From a bacterium (GTDB taxonomy: Bacteria > Patescibacteriota > Patescibacteriia > JAACEG01), in the NCBI GenBank assembly GCA_030641665.1, contig DAOWHA010000038.1:23857-87856 (forward strand): a DNA stretch of 64,000 nt. The letters run 5' to 3'. The notes below the pieces were generated by a model, which ran no database searches, was not told the origin of the DNA, and worked only from the letters and a program-made list of their open reading frames with translations. Shown piece after piece: positions 10,416-20,508 of the stretch (position 1 is its first letter; every line of letters begins with the position of its first letter). A program made the translations under genes and the position numbers.

Positions 10416-13400
10416 ATGAAAAATAGACTGATAAAGGGGGGAAAGAAAGTTTTGCAATGTTTTTTAATTTTGTTAGTAATTTTTCCGCTTAATTTAATGA
10501 TAACGCCATCGGCATCGGCAAGCGAGTTGCCGCCGCAGCCGCAAGCAGGCGAGGTTATTATAAATGAAATTATGCCCGACCCTTCTGTTGTTTCCGATAG
10601 TAACGGAGAATGGTTTGAGGTATATAATAACACCGATCATCAAGTTAATTTAATTAATTGTATTATTAAAGACGATGGCTCTGATTTACATACTATTAAT
10701 TTAGATTTAATTATTGATTCTAATGATTATGCGGTTTTAACAAAAAATAGCACTTCTACTGAAAATGGTGGCATTATATCTAATTATACATATACAGGAA
10801 TAACTTTAGCTAACGAAGAAGATGAGTTAATTTTAATTTGCAACGATACAGAAATAGATAGAGTAGAATATAATAAAGATAGCGGGTGGGTTATTAAAGT
10901 AGGAGAATCAATGATTTTGAGTGATTTTAATTTTGATAATAATATTACGGCTAATTGGTGTTTATCAACTTCGTCTTATGGAGATGGCGATTTAGGAACA
11001 CCTGGAATTACTAATGACCAATGTGAATATAATCCTGTTTGCGGGGATGAAATTTTAGAGGAAAACGAAAAATGCGATGATGGGAATAATCAAAACGGCG
11101 ACGGGTGCAGTTCAGATTGCCAGATTGAATCAATTTATGGTTATAAATTTAATGATTTAAATAAAGACGGGATAATGGGCGAGGGCGAGCCGATGCTTGG
11201 CGGTTGGGTGATTGAATTATATGATAATGCCAGTTCAACAATTCCGACAACAACAATCACAACAAGCATTGCAAACTCAACTTTAGGTTTTTACTCTTTC
11301 CAGAATTTAGAAGCAGGGGGTTATGTTATTAAAGAAGTTCAGCAGGATGGCTGGCTACAGACAACCCCGACAACTTCAACAACTACAATAAAGTTAGAAA
11401 GTCCAACGGCGACTACTACTGTAAATTTCGGCAATTGGGAATATAAAACTATTTCAGGGTATAAATATTATGATTCTGACAGAGATGGCGTAATGGGCGG
11501 AGGCGAAATCGGAATTAGCGGTTGGACAATCACGCTTACAAATTCCAGCACAACAGCCACAACAACCACTGACACAGAGGGTTATTATGAATTTAATAAT
11601 TTAGATATAGGAGATTATACAATTACAGAAATAATGCTGGATAATTGGCATAGAACAGATTTATTCGCCAGCAGCACTCCGACAACAACGCCGATTGAAT
11701 ATCATATTGAATATTCAGCAACAACTACTTCAACCTCAACTATCAATTTCGGAAACTGGCAGACTGAAATTTACGGCTATAAATTTAATGATTTAGATAA
11801 AAACGGCGAATTTGATGACGGAGAGGAAAAAATGGCTGGCTGGGAGATTGAATTATATAATGCCGCTAACGCAACTTCAAGTATAGATAAAACTACCACT
11901 GACGCAGAAGGAAATTATATTTTCAAAGGACATCCTTTTGGCGATTATTGGGTAAAAGAATTTCAGCAAGACGGCTGGATGCAGACTAATTTAGCGTCAA
12001 CAACAGCAACCACGACAATATCAACAGCAACTATAACAGCGGAAGTTAATTTTGGCAACTGGGAGTATAAAATAATTTCAGGATATAAATATAATGATTT
12101 GGATAGAGATGGAGAATGGGATATTAGTGAATCAGGCATTGGCGATTGGATGATTAAATTATATGATAACGCAAGCTCAACTAATCCAATTTTAATAAAT
12201 TCGACAGCAACCGACACGGCGACAACTTCAACAACAACATTAGGCTGCTATGAATTTAATGAATTAGAGCCTGGAGTTTATATGATTACTGAAGTTATGC
12301 GGGAGAATTGGATGACTGGCGTTGAAAGCGCTCCGACAACAACCCCGATTGAACATAATATTATAATTACAGCGACAAGCACAACGCCGACAAGCACTGC
12401 GGATATAAATTTTTATAATTGGCAATATGATTGCGTAGATAATGATGACGACGGTTATTATAGCAATGAAAGCGATATTGAATGCGGAGAGAAAGATTGT
12501 GATGACAATAATGCCGATATAAATCCATTGGCGAAAGAGATTTGCGGGAATAGCATTGATGAAAATTGCGACGGCAAAATTGAAAGCTGCGGAGGAGGCG
12601 GAGGTCACTCTAATTTTTTAACAATTCATTCTGAAAAATTAGTTGAAACAAAATCTAAAATAGAAGATGAAACAGAATTTGCGACAGAGACAATTACTTG
12701 GCACACGAATAAACCTGCCACCAGCAGAGTAGTTTACGGAACGCTGTCTGTTGCAGATATTGGCGAATGGCCTAATTTAGGCTATCAATATTCTACAACA
12801 GAAGACCTAAATAAAATAACATTCCACGAAGTTGTTATTAGCGGTCTTTTGCCAAACACTACATATTATTTCAGGACAATTTCCGCCGCGTCTCCAGCAA
12901 TATATGGCAAAGAACTTTTTTTCACCACTCCTCAATTATCAGAGCCGCAGGAAATAGAAGACGAGCAAGAAGATGAACCAGAAGATGACAAAGGCGAAAT
13001 TGAAGAAGAAGGCGAAAAAGGCGAAGACGAAGCAGGAGATTCAGTTGAAGGCGCGGACGAAAGCTCGCAAGAAAAAACAGACGGCGGCGGAATTATCGGA
13101 GAAGGAGCGCAAGCCGCGGCAGTAGTTGTCTTAGGCGAAAAATTAGCGTTAGTTGATGATTTGCCAGATGACATATTAGATGAGGATAGCGAAAAGGACG
13201 AAGCAGAAGAAGATGAAAAAGAGCAGGGAATAGTAGGCGGCGAAAAGATTATCGCGACCACAAGCGCGGATTCCGAAGATGGCGGCTATGATTGCTGGAG
13301 TGAATGGTGGTGGCTGATAATTTTGCTTCTGCTTATAATCGCTTATTTCGCTTATGAAAATTATCGGATTAAAGAAGAGAGCAGAGAATCGGAAGATATT

Positions 13401-13439
13401 AAAACAAGCCCGGACAGCGGCAAAAAAGATAATGAATAA
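10416..13439 (+). CDS. Large secreted multidomain surface protein (lamin-tail domain, Cys-rich repeat, SdrD-B-like repeats, Fn3-like module, acidic tail, C-terminal TM)
   Basis: Signal peptide (ASASE). LTD-like NEIMPDPS...GEWFEVYN. Cys-rich repeat CGDEILEENEKCDDGNNQNGDGCSSDC. About five repeats of YGYKFNDL(D/N)KDG...GW.IELYD...GYY.F. Fn3-like TNKPATSRVVYG...TYYFRTIS. E/D-rich tail then a hydrophobic anchor. Confidence 0.7.
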   Translation: MKNRLIKGGKKVLQCFLILLVIFPLNLMITPSASASELPPQPQAGEVIINEIMPDPSVVSDSNGEWFEVYNNTDHQVNLINCIIKDDGSDLHTINLDLIIDSNDYAVLTKNSTSTENGGIISNYTYTGITLANEEDELILICNDTEIDRVEYNKDSGWVIKVGESMILSDFNFDNNITANWCLSTSSYGDGDLGTPGITNDQCEYNPVCGDEILEENEKCDDGNNQNGDGCSSDCQIESIYGYKFNDLNKDGIMGEGEPMLGGWVIELYDNASSTIPTTTITTSIANSTLGFYSFQNLEAGGYVIKEVQQDGWLQTTPTTSTTTIKLESPTATTTVNFGNWEYKTISGYKYYDSDRDGVMGGGEIGISGWTITLTNSSTTATTTTDTEGYYEFNNLDIGDYTITEIMLDNWHRTDLFASSTPTTTPIEYHIEYSATTTSTSTINFGNWQTEIYGYKFNDLDKNGEFDDGEEKMAGWEIELYNAANATSSIDKTTTDAEGNYIFKGHPFGDYWVKEFQQDGWMQTNLASTTATTTISTATITAEVNFGNWEYKIISGYKYNDLDRDGEWDISESGIGDWMIKLYDNASSTNPILINSTATDTATTSTTTLGCYEFNELEPGVYMITEVMRENWMTGVESAPTTTPIEHNIIITATSTTPTSTADINFYNWQYDCVDNDDDGYYSNESDIECGEKDCDDNNADINPLAKEICGNSIDENCDGKIESCGGGGGHSNFLTIHSEKLVETKSKIEDETEFATETITWHTNKPATSRVVYGTLSVADIGEWPNLGYQYSTTEDLNKITFHEVVISGLLPNTTYYFRTISAASPAIYGKELFFTTPQLSEPQEIEDEQEDEPEDDKGEIEEEGEKGEDEAGDSVEGADESSQEKTDGGGIIGEGAQAAAVVVLGEKLALVDDLPDDILDEDSEKDEAEEDEKEQGIVGGEKIIATTSADSEDGGYDCWSEWWWLIILLLLIIAYFAYENYRIKEESRESEDIKTSPDSGKKDNE

Positions 13440-13445
13440 TAATAC

Positions 13446-13520
13446 TGTCTTTGCGAGGAGGCGATAGCCTACGAAGCCACACCTAACGGGTGGTCACCCG
13501 TTAGGGTGACAATCTTGTTA
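13446..13520. mobile_element. MITE-like repeat family A, truncated copy A3
   Basis: Left TIR plus hairpin module (CGGGTGGTCACCCG), the same arrangement as copy A1. Confidence 0.6.
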
Positions 13521-13644
13521 ACAGGCAGAAGAGTCGTATTGTTAAAATAGAGCAATCTAACCTGTGGATAATTTTAAATATTTTATTAAAAAACAGATAT
13601 TTAATGTTTTTAAAATAGTGATAAAGACCAATAGGCACAGGGGC

Positions 13645-13672
13645 TTGACATATTTTTTTAATATGTTATAGT
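13645..13672 (+). promoter_or_regulatory. Sigma70-like promoter (TTGACA-16-TATAGT) upstream of the tandem hairpin repeat locus
   Basis: cTTGACAtatttttttaatatgtTATAGTg read directly. Confidence 0.4.
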
Positions 13673-13723
13673 GATATTAAGATTGAGAGAGGAATAGTTG
13701 GATATTTAAAAGAGAATAAAAAA

Positions 13724-13995
13724 GTGAGAGTGGGAAATATAGTTTTAAAAAAGATTTGAAATTATGTTTCCCAATCTCACACAAAATTCTCAACAAAACA
13801 AAAAAACAAAATCTCCAACACAATAAACAATTCCTCTCTCAACCAAACTCTTTATATGAAGTGAGAGTGGGAAATATAGTTTTAAAAAAGATTTGAAATT
13901 ATGTTTCCCATTCCCACACAAAAAATTCTAACTCAAAAAAATCCACAACAAACAAACAAACAAACAAACTATCAATCCCCAACCTTTTATATCTA
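13724..13995 (+). ncRNA. Candidate structured small RNA: two tandem ~137-bp units, each with a 14-bp-stem hairpin
   Basis: GTGAGAGTGGGAAA-N31-TTTCCCAATCTCAC at 13724-13780, repeated at 13861-13918. Lies between a promoter and an intrinsic terminator. No ORF covers it. Confidence 0.35.
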
Positions 13996-14011
13996 TTTAT
14001 AAATTTTTCAA

Positions 14012-14035
14012 GCAGGATCTCATCCTGTTTTTTTA
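14012..14035 (+). terminator. Rho-independent terminator
   Basis: CAGGATCTCATCCTG hairpin followed by TTTTTTT. Confidence 0.55.
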
Positions 14036-14167
14036 ATTTTAATTTTAATTTCAAAATAAAATTATTAACAAAATATACGATCGTGAAAAAACGCTATAAT
14101 TAAATTTTTTAGTAAAATGCGCGCTTGTCCGCCTCGGGAGGAATCGCACAATTAGTTAAGAATTTTT

Positions 14168-14196
14168 TTGAATCGGTTTTATAGTTGTGGTATAAT
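14168..14196 (+). promoter_or_regulatory. Sigma70-like promoter TTGAAT-17-TATAAT
   Basis: ttgaatcggttttatagttgtggtataat, about 55 nt upstream of the 14250 ORF. Confidence 0.45.
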
Positions 14197-14249
14197 TTAT
14201 TTAGTTGATTTAGGGACTGTGGCGAATAAATATTTTTTAAATAAATTTT

Positions 14250-15509
14250 ATGAAACAGATAGCGGATTTGCATATCCATTCAAAATATTCCCGCGCTTGC
14301 TCAAAGCAGTTGGAACTGGAAAATATTGAAAGCGCCTGCAGAATAAAGGGCGTTGATATCGTCGCTACCGGAGATTTTACGCACCCGGCTTGGTTTGGAG
14401 ATATAAGCAGCAAATTAGAAGAGATAGAAAATTCAGGCTTATATAGATTAAAATCCGCGCCAGACAGTAAAATTAAATTTGTCCTTTCTACGGAAGTAGC
14501 GCTGATCTATAAAGCGTTAGACAAAGTGAGGCGGCTGCATATTATGGTTATGGCGCCGAATCTGAAATTAGCAAAAGAGTTTAATGATCATTTAAGCAAG
14601 AGCGGTTATAACATAAAATCGGACGGACGACCGATTTTAGGAATGAGCGCGCAAAAATTGTGCGAGATCTGTTTTAATATCAGTTCAGATTTTGTAATAT
14701 TTCCGGCCCATATCTGGACGCCATGGTTTGCGGTTTTCGGATCTAAATCAGGTTTTGATTCTTTGGAAGAATGTTTTGGAAAGTGGACGGACAAAATTCA
14801 CGCCATTGAAACCGGGCTGTCAAGCGATCCTGAAATGAATTGGGCGCTTTCAGGCTTGGACGATATTGTCCTGCTGTCTAATTCTGACGCGCACTCTTTA
14901 ATAAATATCGCGCGCGAAGCCAATATTTTTGACCTGCAAGATGTTTCTTATGGCGGAATTCGCGAAGCGATGAACAAAAAAAATCGCGGTAAAAATCTGC
15001 TTTTATCAACTATTGAATTTTATCCGGAAGAGGGGATGTATCATTTTGACGGGCATCGCGCTTGTAATGTCAGTTTTACGCCAGAAGAGACAAAAAAATA
15101 TAGCGGTATCTGCCCTGTCTGTAAAAGACCGCTTACAATTGGCGTGATGAGCAGAGTTAAAGAATTAGCGGACCGTGAATTCGGTTTTAAGCCGAAAAAC
15201 GCCGCGCCATTTGTTAAATTAGTGGAGCTGGATAAAATAATCGCTGAAACGCTGAATATAAAAAGCCGCTCCTCTAAAGCTGTGCTGGCTGAATACAATA
15301 ATTTAATCAAACTTGGCGGCAATGAGTTGAATATTCTGCTTAATCTGAATTATGATGAACTAAAAAAAATCGCTTCTGAGAAAATTACAGAAGCGATAAA
15401 AAGAGTGAGGGAGGGCAATCTGATTATTGAGCCAGGCTTTGACGGAGAATACGGCAAAGTTAAAATTTTCAGCGAAAAAGAAAAAACAAGGCAGAAAAAA
15501 CTGTTTTAA
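14250..15509 (+). CDS. PHP-domain protein, endonuclease Q (EndoQ)-like
   Basis: N-terminal DLHIHSKYSRACS...VATGDFTHPAW PHP pattern plus a C-terminal CPVC zinc ribbon, about 420 aa. This matches my memory of the EndoQ/TIGR00375 architecture. Confidence 0.55.
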   Translation: MKQIADLHIHSKYSRACSKQLELENIESACRIKGVDIVATGDFTHPAWFGDISSKLEEIENSGLYRLKSAPDSKIKFVLSTEVALIYKALDKVRRLHIMVMAPNLKLAKEFNDHLSKSGYNIKSDGRPILGMSAQKLCEICFNISSDFVIFPAHIWTPWFAVFGSKSGFDSLEECFGKWTDKIHAIETGLSSDPEMNWALSGLDDIVLLSNSDAHSLINIAREANIFDLQDVSYGGIREAMNKKNRGKNLLLSTIEFYPEEGMYHFDGHRACNVSFTPEETKKYSGICPVCKRPLTIGVMSRVKELADREFGFKPKNAAPFVKLVELDKIIAETLNIKSRSSKAVLAEYNNLIKLGGNELNILLNLNYDELKKIASEKITEAIKRVREGNLIIEPGFDGEYGKVKIFSEKEKTRQKKLF

Positions 15510-15636
15510 TAGAATGTGGTTAAAAAAATTTTTAGCATTTTGTACGATCGTACATTTTGCTAAAAATTTTTAAAATAACAAAAAGTTGACGAAACTGTGC
15601 GACCGCACAGTTTCGTCAACTTTTTAGATTATAGGA

Positions 15637-16242
15637 TTATAGATTTTTTCTGCCTTCTATGGCGTTAGCGATGGTAATCTCGTCTGTATATTCTAAATCA
15701 GCGCCCATTGGGAGTCCTCTCGCAAGGCAGGTAATTTTTATCCCTATCTCAGAAAACGGCTTAAGGATTTTTTTTAGATAGATATTGGTTGATTCTCCTT
15801 GTATATCAGGATTAAAAGCGAGAATTAACTCTTTAATATTCTCTTTTTTCAGCCGTCCTATTAGCTGTTTTATATTTAGCTTGTCTGGCGTAATGCCGTT
15901 AAGCTGGTCTATGGTTCCTCCTAAAATATGGTAAATTCCGTTAAATTTATTACTCGCTTCAATCGCTCGCATATTTTGCGGCGCTGCGACAACACATAGG
16001 ATCTCGCGATTTCTATTTGCGTCAGAGCAGATTTCGCAGGGGGATTTTTCAGTAAAATTGCGGCATTGTTCGCAGACAACAATTTTATTTCTTAATTCAA
16101 CCGCTGTTTTTATGAATTCCACAAATTCATTGCGCGGTTTTTTTAATAGATAAAAAACAAATTTTTCAGCTGTTTTAGCGCCAATCCCTGGAAATCTGCT
16201 GAATTGCCAGATTAAATTTTGAATAGGATGCGGAAATTTCAT
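15637..16242 (-). CDS. recR: Recombination protein RecR
   Basis: HhH N-terminus, C4 zinc finger CEQCRNFTEKSPCEICSD, Toprim region; adjacent to ybaB as in many bacteria. Confidence 0.9.
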   Translation of the reverse strand: MKFPHPIQNLIWQFSRFPGIGAKTAEKFVFYLLKKPRNEFVEFIKTAVELRNKIVVCEQCRNFTEKSPCEICSDANRNREILCVVAAPQNMRAIEASNKFNGIYHILGGTIDQLNGITPDKLNIKQLIGRLKKENIKELILAFNPDIQGESTNIYLKKILKPFSEIGIKITCLARGLPMGADLEYTDEITIANAIEGRKNL

Positions 16243-16247
16243 AAATT

Positions 16248-16523
16248 TTACATTCCGGGCAGGTTAAGACCGCCGCCCATCATTTTTTGCGCCATCAACT
16301 TTTGCGCTTTTTTTATCGCGTTGTTTACGGCTCTTTTTAAATTGCCCTCCACTATCTCTTTGTTTTCAATATCGGCGATTTTAACGCTCTGAATTTCCAT
16401 ATTGCCGTTAATAATAATTTCAACGCCGCCATCTTCAACTGTAATAATTTCATCGGCTAATTTTTTTTGCATTTCGCTAGCCTGCGAGCGAAGCTTGTTA
16501 AGGTCTTTTAGTTTGTTAAACAT
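16248..16523 (-). CDS. ybaB: Nucleoid-associated protein YbaB/EbfC
   Basis: 91 aa; N-terminal LRSQASEMQKKLADEII...GGGLNLPGM pattern is typical of YbaB; sits next to recR. Confidence 0.8.
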   Translation of the reverse strand: MFNKLKDLNKLRSQASEMQKKLADEIITVEDGGVEIIINGNMEIQSVKIADIENKEIVEGNLKRAVNNAIKKAQKLMAQKMMGGGLNLPGM

Positions 16524-16585
16524 AAAATTATAGTTATAAATAAATTATTAAAAAATAAATATTTGTTTTTATGAAGAATATTTTG

Positions 16586-16852
16586 TTAAAATTGAAAAAT
16601 TCCGACAATAATCAATATAATAGATAATACTAACAAATAAAAAAGAAATCGTGACGGCTGTTTATTAAAAGAAATAATAATACTTAACATCCCCACAGAA
16701 CTAAGCATTCCAGCAATACCAATACCATACCACCATAAATTAAATCCATTCCAAATTTCATCCATGCCAGTTATAAGAAAAAGCACGGTAAAACCGCAAA
16801 GCAAAAATCCAATAATAAATAAAATGTAATTTATTGTTTTTTTATTAATCAT
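16586..16852 (-). CDS. Hypothetical small membrane protein (2-3 TM)
   Basis: Hydrophobic 88-aa ORF. Confidence 0.3.
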   Translation of the reverse strand: MINKKTINYILFIIGFLLCGFTVLFLITGMDEIWNGFNLWWYGIGIAGMLSSVGMLSIIISFNKQPSRFLFYLLVLSIILIIVGIFQF

Positions 16853-16925
16853 TATATTTATTCATTCAAGGGCTTTTTATTTTCAATAAATTAAAAACAA
16901 ATCTGTCGCCCTGAATTCCACTATT

Positions 16926-17070
16926 GTCACCCTGAATTTATTTCAGGGTCTGTGCTTGTTATTTACTATATTATGTTTAAGAAAAATAAAGTAAAAAGTC
17001 AGGATTTTATTTATCTAATCATAATTTAGCGATAAGTAATAACAGATCCTGAAATAAATTCAGGATGACA
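16926..17070. mobile_element. MITE-like repeat family B, copy B1
   Basis: TIRs TGTCACCCTGAATTTATTTCAGGGTCTG / CAGATCCTGAAATAAATTCAGGATGACA; internal AATCATAATTTAGCGA is shared with the copy at 49605. Confidence 0.6.
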
Positions 17071-17124
17071 TAGTTTTTATTTTTTGAAAATTTATAATTG
17101 ATTGAAAATTGCAAATTGAAAATT

Positions 17125-18507
17125 CTAAAACGCTTCTTCTGTTTCTTCTTGCCCGCCAGCCTCCTCAATGTTGTTTTCATAATTGGTAAAACTCGCTCTA
17201 GCCATATTAAAATACAGTTCAAGCCGCCCGGTCGGTCCGTTGCGGTGCTTGGCGATAAAAATATCCGCGACATTCGGCTTAGAACTCTTTTCTTTGTAAT
17301 AATCATCGCGATAGATAAACATCACAACATCAGCGTCTTGCTCGATTGACCCAGAATCTCTTAAGTCTGCCAGTATAGGAATTTTATTAGGCCGCGATTC
17401 TACTGAACGGGAAAGTTGGGACAGCGCCAAGACAGGAATATTGAGTTCTTTTGCCAGCGATTTCAGTGAACGGGAAATTTCCGATATTTCTTGAACTCGA
17501 TTTTCAGTGCGGCTACCTTCCATTAATTGCAGATAATCAATAACAAGCAGCCCGAGATTATGTTCGGCTTTCAAACGCCGCGCTTTTGTGCGAAGCTCCA
17601 TAATATTCGCCACGGCGGAATCGTCTATGTAAATCTCCGCTTCAGACAGTACCCCCATAGCGTGATTGATGCTGGCGAAATCATCATCTCCGTCTTTTGT
17701 GGAAAGTTTTCCTGTTCGCATTTTCCATAAATCAACTTCTGCTTCCGCGCAAAGCAAACGATCAACCAATTGCTCCTTGCTCATTTCCAAAGAGAATATC
17801 CCGACGGGAATTTTTTGCTTGGCGACTTGCCGCGCGATATCCAGAGCCAATGAAGTTTTTCCCATTGACGGGCGAGCCGCTAAAATTATCAGATCCGATT
17901 TTTGCAATCCGGCGAGTTTTTTGTCAATATCTACAAAGTTAGTCGGAACTCCGCGCATCTTTCCCCGCTCTTTATGCAGAGTGTCTATGCGGTCAAACGC
18001 GTCGTCTAAAACATCTTTAATCGGTATGAAATTTTGCTTTAAATAGTTCTGCGAAACCGCGAACAGCTTCTGCTCCGCGCTGTCGAGCATCTGTTCCACC
18101 TCGTTAGTTTCATTATAACTCATTAAAGTGATTTCCGACGAAGCTTTAATCAGGCGGCGCAAGGTGGCTTTTCGCGCCACAATCTGGGCGTAAGAGACGA
18201 TATGGCTGGACGATGGAACTGAGTTTGTAAGGCTCACTAAATAGCTTCTTCCGCCGACATCCGACAGTTTTTTCTTTTCTTTCAGCCGATTAGACAGGTT
18301 TAAAATATCAATCGGCTGGCGTTTTTCATAAAGTTCGCTGATCGCTTCAAATATCGCGCTGTGGCGATCGTCATAAAAATCTTTGCGGTTCACAATATCG
18401 GCTATTTTGATTATAGCGTCTTTGTCAATCAGAAGAGAACCGAGCAGCGACTGCTCAGCTTCAAGATTTTGCGGCGGCATTTTTTCAATTAAATTTTCTT
18501 TAGCCAT
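17125..18507 (-). CDS. dnaB: Replicative DNA helicase DnaB
   Basis: N-terminal PPQNLEAEQSLLGSLL, Walker A GARPSMGKTSLAL, RecA-like C-terminus. Confidence 0.9.
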   Translation of the reverse strand: MAKENLIEKMPPQNLEAEQSLLGSLLIDKDAIIKIADIVNRKDFYDDRHSAIFEAISELYEKRQPIDILNLSNRLKEKKKLSDVGGRSYLVSLTNSVPSSSHIVSYAQIVARKATLRRLIKASSEITLMSYNETNEVEQMLDSAEQKLFAVSQNYLKQNFIPIKDVLDDAFDRIDTLHKERGKMRGVPTNFVDIDKKLAGLQKSDLIILAARPSMGKTSLALDIARQVAKQKIPVGIFSLEMSKEQLVDRLLCAEAEVDLWKMRTGKLSTKDGDDDFASINHAMGVLSEAEIYIDDSAVANIMELRTKARRLKAEHNLGLLVIDYLQLMEGSRTENRVQEISEISRSLKSLAKELNIPVLALSQLSRSVESRPNKIPILADLRDSGSIEQDADVVMFIYRDDYYKEKSSKPNVADIFIAKHRNGPTGRLELYFNMARASFTNYENNIEEAGGQEETEEAF

Positions 18508-18615
18508 ATTATTATAATAACCTTATTTAAAATAATATCAAATTTTGCCGCTTTATTCAAGTTCTTGACAATATTTTTTTATGTAATAAAATGGTAGTAG
18601 AAAAAATAAAAATTT

Positions 18616-19545
18616 ATGATTAAAATAAAAAATTTAACAAAAAAGTTTGATGGCAAAACCGTTTTAGATAAAATTTCATTTGATGTTAAGCAAGGTGAGA
18701 TTTTAGGTTTTTTAGGACCGAACGGCGCGGGCAAGACAACTACGATGAAAATTATCACCGGCTATATCCCGCTGAATAAAGGATCGGTAAAAGTGGATAA
18801 TATTGATGTTGAAATAGATTCTATTAAAACGCGCGCGAAAATCGGCTATTTGGCGGAAAACAATCCTTTGTATGACGAGATGAAAGTTTTTGAATTTTTA
18901 AGTTTTATCGCTGAATTAAGAGGCGTGGACAAAAATGAGATAGATGAAAAAATCAGCGAAATCAGCAAGGTCTGCGGCTTGGAAAAAGTTATCAATAAAT
19001 TAATCAGCGAACTGTCAAAAGGCTTCCGCCAGCGGGTCGGATTGGCGCAGGCGATGATCAGCGATCCAGAGATTTTAATTTTAGACGAGCCGACAAGCGG
19101 ACTTGACCCTAACCAAATCATAGAGATTCGAGAATTGATTAAAAAAATCGGTAAAGAGAAAACCGTAATTTTTTCAACGCATATTTTAAGCGAGGCTCAA
19201 GCCGTGAGCGACAGGATTATCATCATCAATAACGGCAGAATTGCCGCGTCTGGAACGCCTGATGAATTGATTAAACAGGCAAAAACAAGAGATGTAATTT
19301 ATATAAAAATTAAAGGAGATAAAAATGAAGTTTTGCGCAAATTAAAAAATTTGGAAAATATTGATGAAGCAAGAATTAAAGATAAAGAGAGCGACGGCGT
19401 CTACGGATATAAAATAAAGCCGAAACAAGGAGTTGACTTGCGCGAATATTTGTCAATCACGATTATGAAGAATAACTGGGCGATTTTAGAAATGCGACAG
19501 GAAAGAAAAAGCTTGGAAGGAGTGTTTAGGGAACTAACGAAATAA
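18616..19545 (+). CDS. ABC transporter ATP-binding protein (ABC-2 / GldA-like)
   Basis: Walker A GPNGAGKTTT, signature LSKGFRQRV, Walker B ILILDEPT. Confidence 0.85.
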   Translation: MIKIKNLTKKFDGKTVLDKISFDVKQGEILGFLGPNGAGKTTTMKIITGYIPLNKGSVKVDNIDVEIDSIKTRAKIGYLAENNPLYDEMKVFEFLSFIAELRGVDKNEIDEKISEISKVCGLEKVINKLISELSKGFRQRVGLAQAMISDPEILILDEPTSGLDPNQIIEIRELIKKIGKEKTVIFSTHILSEAQAVSDRIIIINNGRIAASGTPDELIKQAKTRDVIYIKIKGDKNEVLRKLKNLENIDEARIKDKESDGVYGYKIKPKQGVDLREYLSITIMKNNWAILEMRQERKSLEGVFRELTK

Positions 19546-19560
19546 ATTAAAATAAATAAA

Positions 19561-20277
19561 ATGAAAAATATTTATACAATTTTTAAAAAAGAATTGGCAG
19601 GCTATTTTAACAGCCCGATTGCTTATATTTTTATCGCTGTTTTTTTAGTTTCGTCCTCGTGGCTGTTTTTCCAGAATTTCTTTTTATATAATCAAGCGGT
19701 AATGCGCGGGTATTTTTCTTTTTTGCCTTGGATATTTTTGTTTTTAGCCCCGGCGATCGCTATGCGAAGCTTTGCTGAAGAGAAAAGAAGCGGAACAATG
19801 GAACTGATTTTGACCTTGCCGATAAAAGACTGGGAAGTTGTGGTCGGGAAATTTTTGTCAAGTTTGGGATTTATGGCAATAACGATTTTGCTTTCAATTT
19901 CAATTCCTATCTCTATTAGCAATGTCGGGCAACTTGACATCGGACCTGTCATCGGCGGATACATTGGAACAATTTTGCTGGCGGGCGCTTATCTCTGTAT
20001 TGGGATTTTTATCTCTTCTTTGACTAAAAATCAGATTATCTCATTTGTGATCGCGATTGCCGCGTCTTTCGGGCTGTTTATCATCGGAACGAATTTTGTC
20101 CTGGAAGCGGTGCCGAATTTTTTAGCTCCGCTGTTCAGTTTTATCGGGCTGGGAACGCATTTTCAAAATATTGCTAAAGGCGTGATTGACACGCGCGATT
20201 TAATATATTACGGCTCTTTTATATTTTTATTCTTATGGCTCACTGTTAAGAATTTGGAAAGCAGGAATTGGAGGTAG
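19561..20277 (+). CDS. ABC-2 type transporter permease (GldF-like)
   Basis: Six predicted TM segments directly downstream of the ABC ATPase. Confidence 0.65.
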   Translation: MKNIYTIFKKELAGYFNSPIAYIFIAVFLVSSSWLFFQNFFLYNQAVMRGYFSFLPWIFLFLAPAIAMRSFAEEKRSGTMELILTLPIKDWEVVVGKFLSSLGFMAITILLSISIPISISNVGQLDIGPVIGGYIGTILLAGAYLCIGIFISSLTKNQIISFVIAIAASFGLFIIGTNFVLEAVPNFLAPLFSFIGLGTHFQNIAKGVIDTRDLIYYGSFIFLFLWLTVKNLESRNWR

Positions 20278-20317
20278 GTTAAGAATTATTTTGAATTATA
20301 AAACGCATAAATTCTCC

Positions 20318-20508
20318 TGTCTTTGCGAGGAATGAAGTGGAGCGGCAGCGGAACGAAATGACGAAGCAATCTCATTACTGAGCGAATAAACCTATAATTA
20401 TAATCCCTTTGCCTATTAACGGGATTGTCACCCTGTCGGGTGACCACTCGTTAGGCGTGGCTTCGTCGCATTTTGCTCATTTTATTCGCTCGGCTCCTCG
20501 CAAAGACA
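20318..20508. mobile_element. MITE-like repeat family A, full copy A4 (internal module inverted relative to A5)
   Basis: TIRs TGTCTTTGCGAGGA / GCTCCTCGCAAAGACA; the internal GGTGACCACTCG/CACCCTGTCGGGTGAC hairpin module sits in reverse orientation. Confidence 0.7.

Noticed and set aside
13724-13995. Possible CRISPR array (direct repeats with palindromic cores)
   Set aside because: Only two units, a 137-bp period and the 'spacers' are themselves similar to each other. No cas genes are present. It is better explained as a tandem-duplicated structured RNA.
17527-18046. Plus-strand ORFs of 67-126 aa opposite dnaB
   Set aside because: Antisense to a conserved helicase gene; no start context or motifs.
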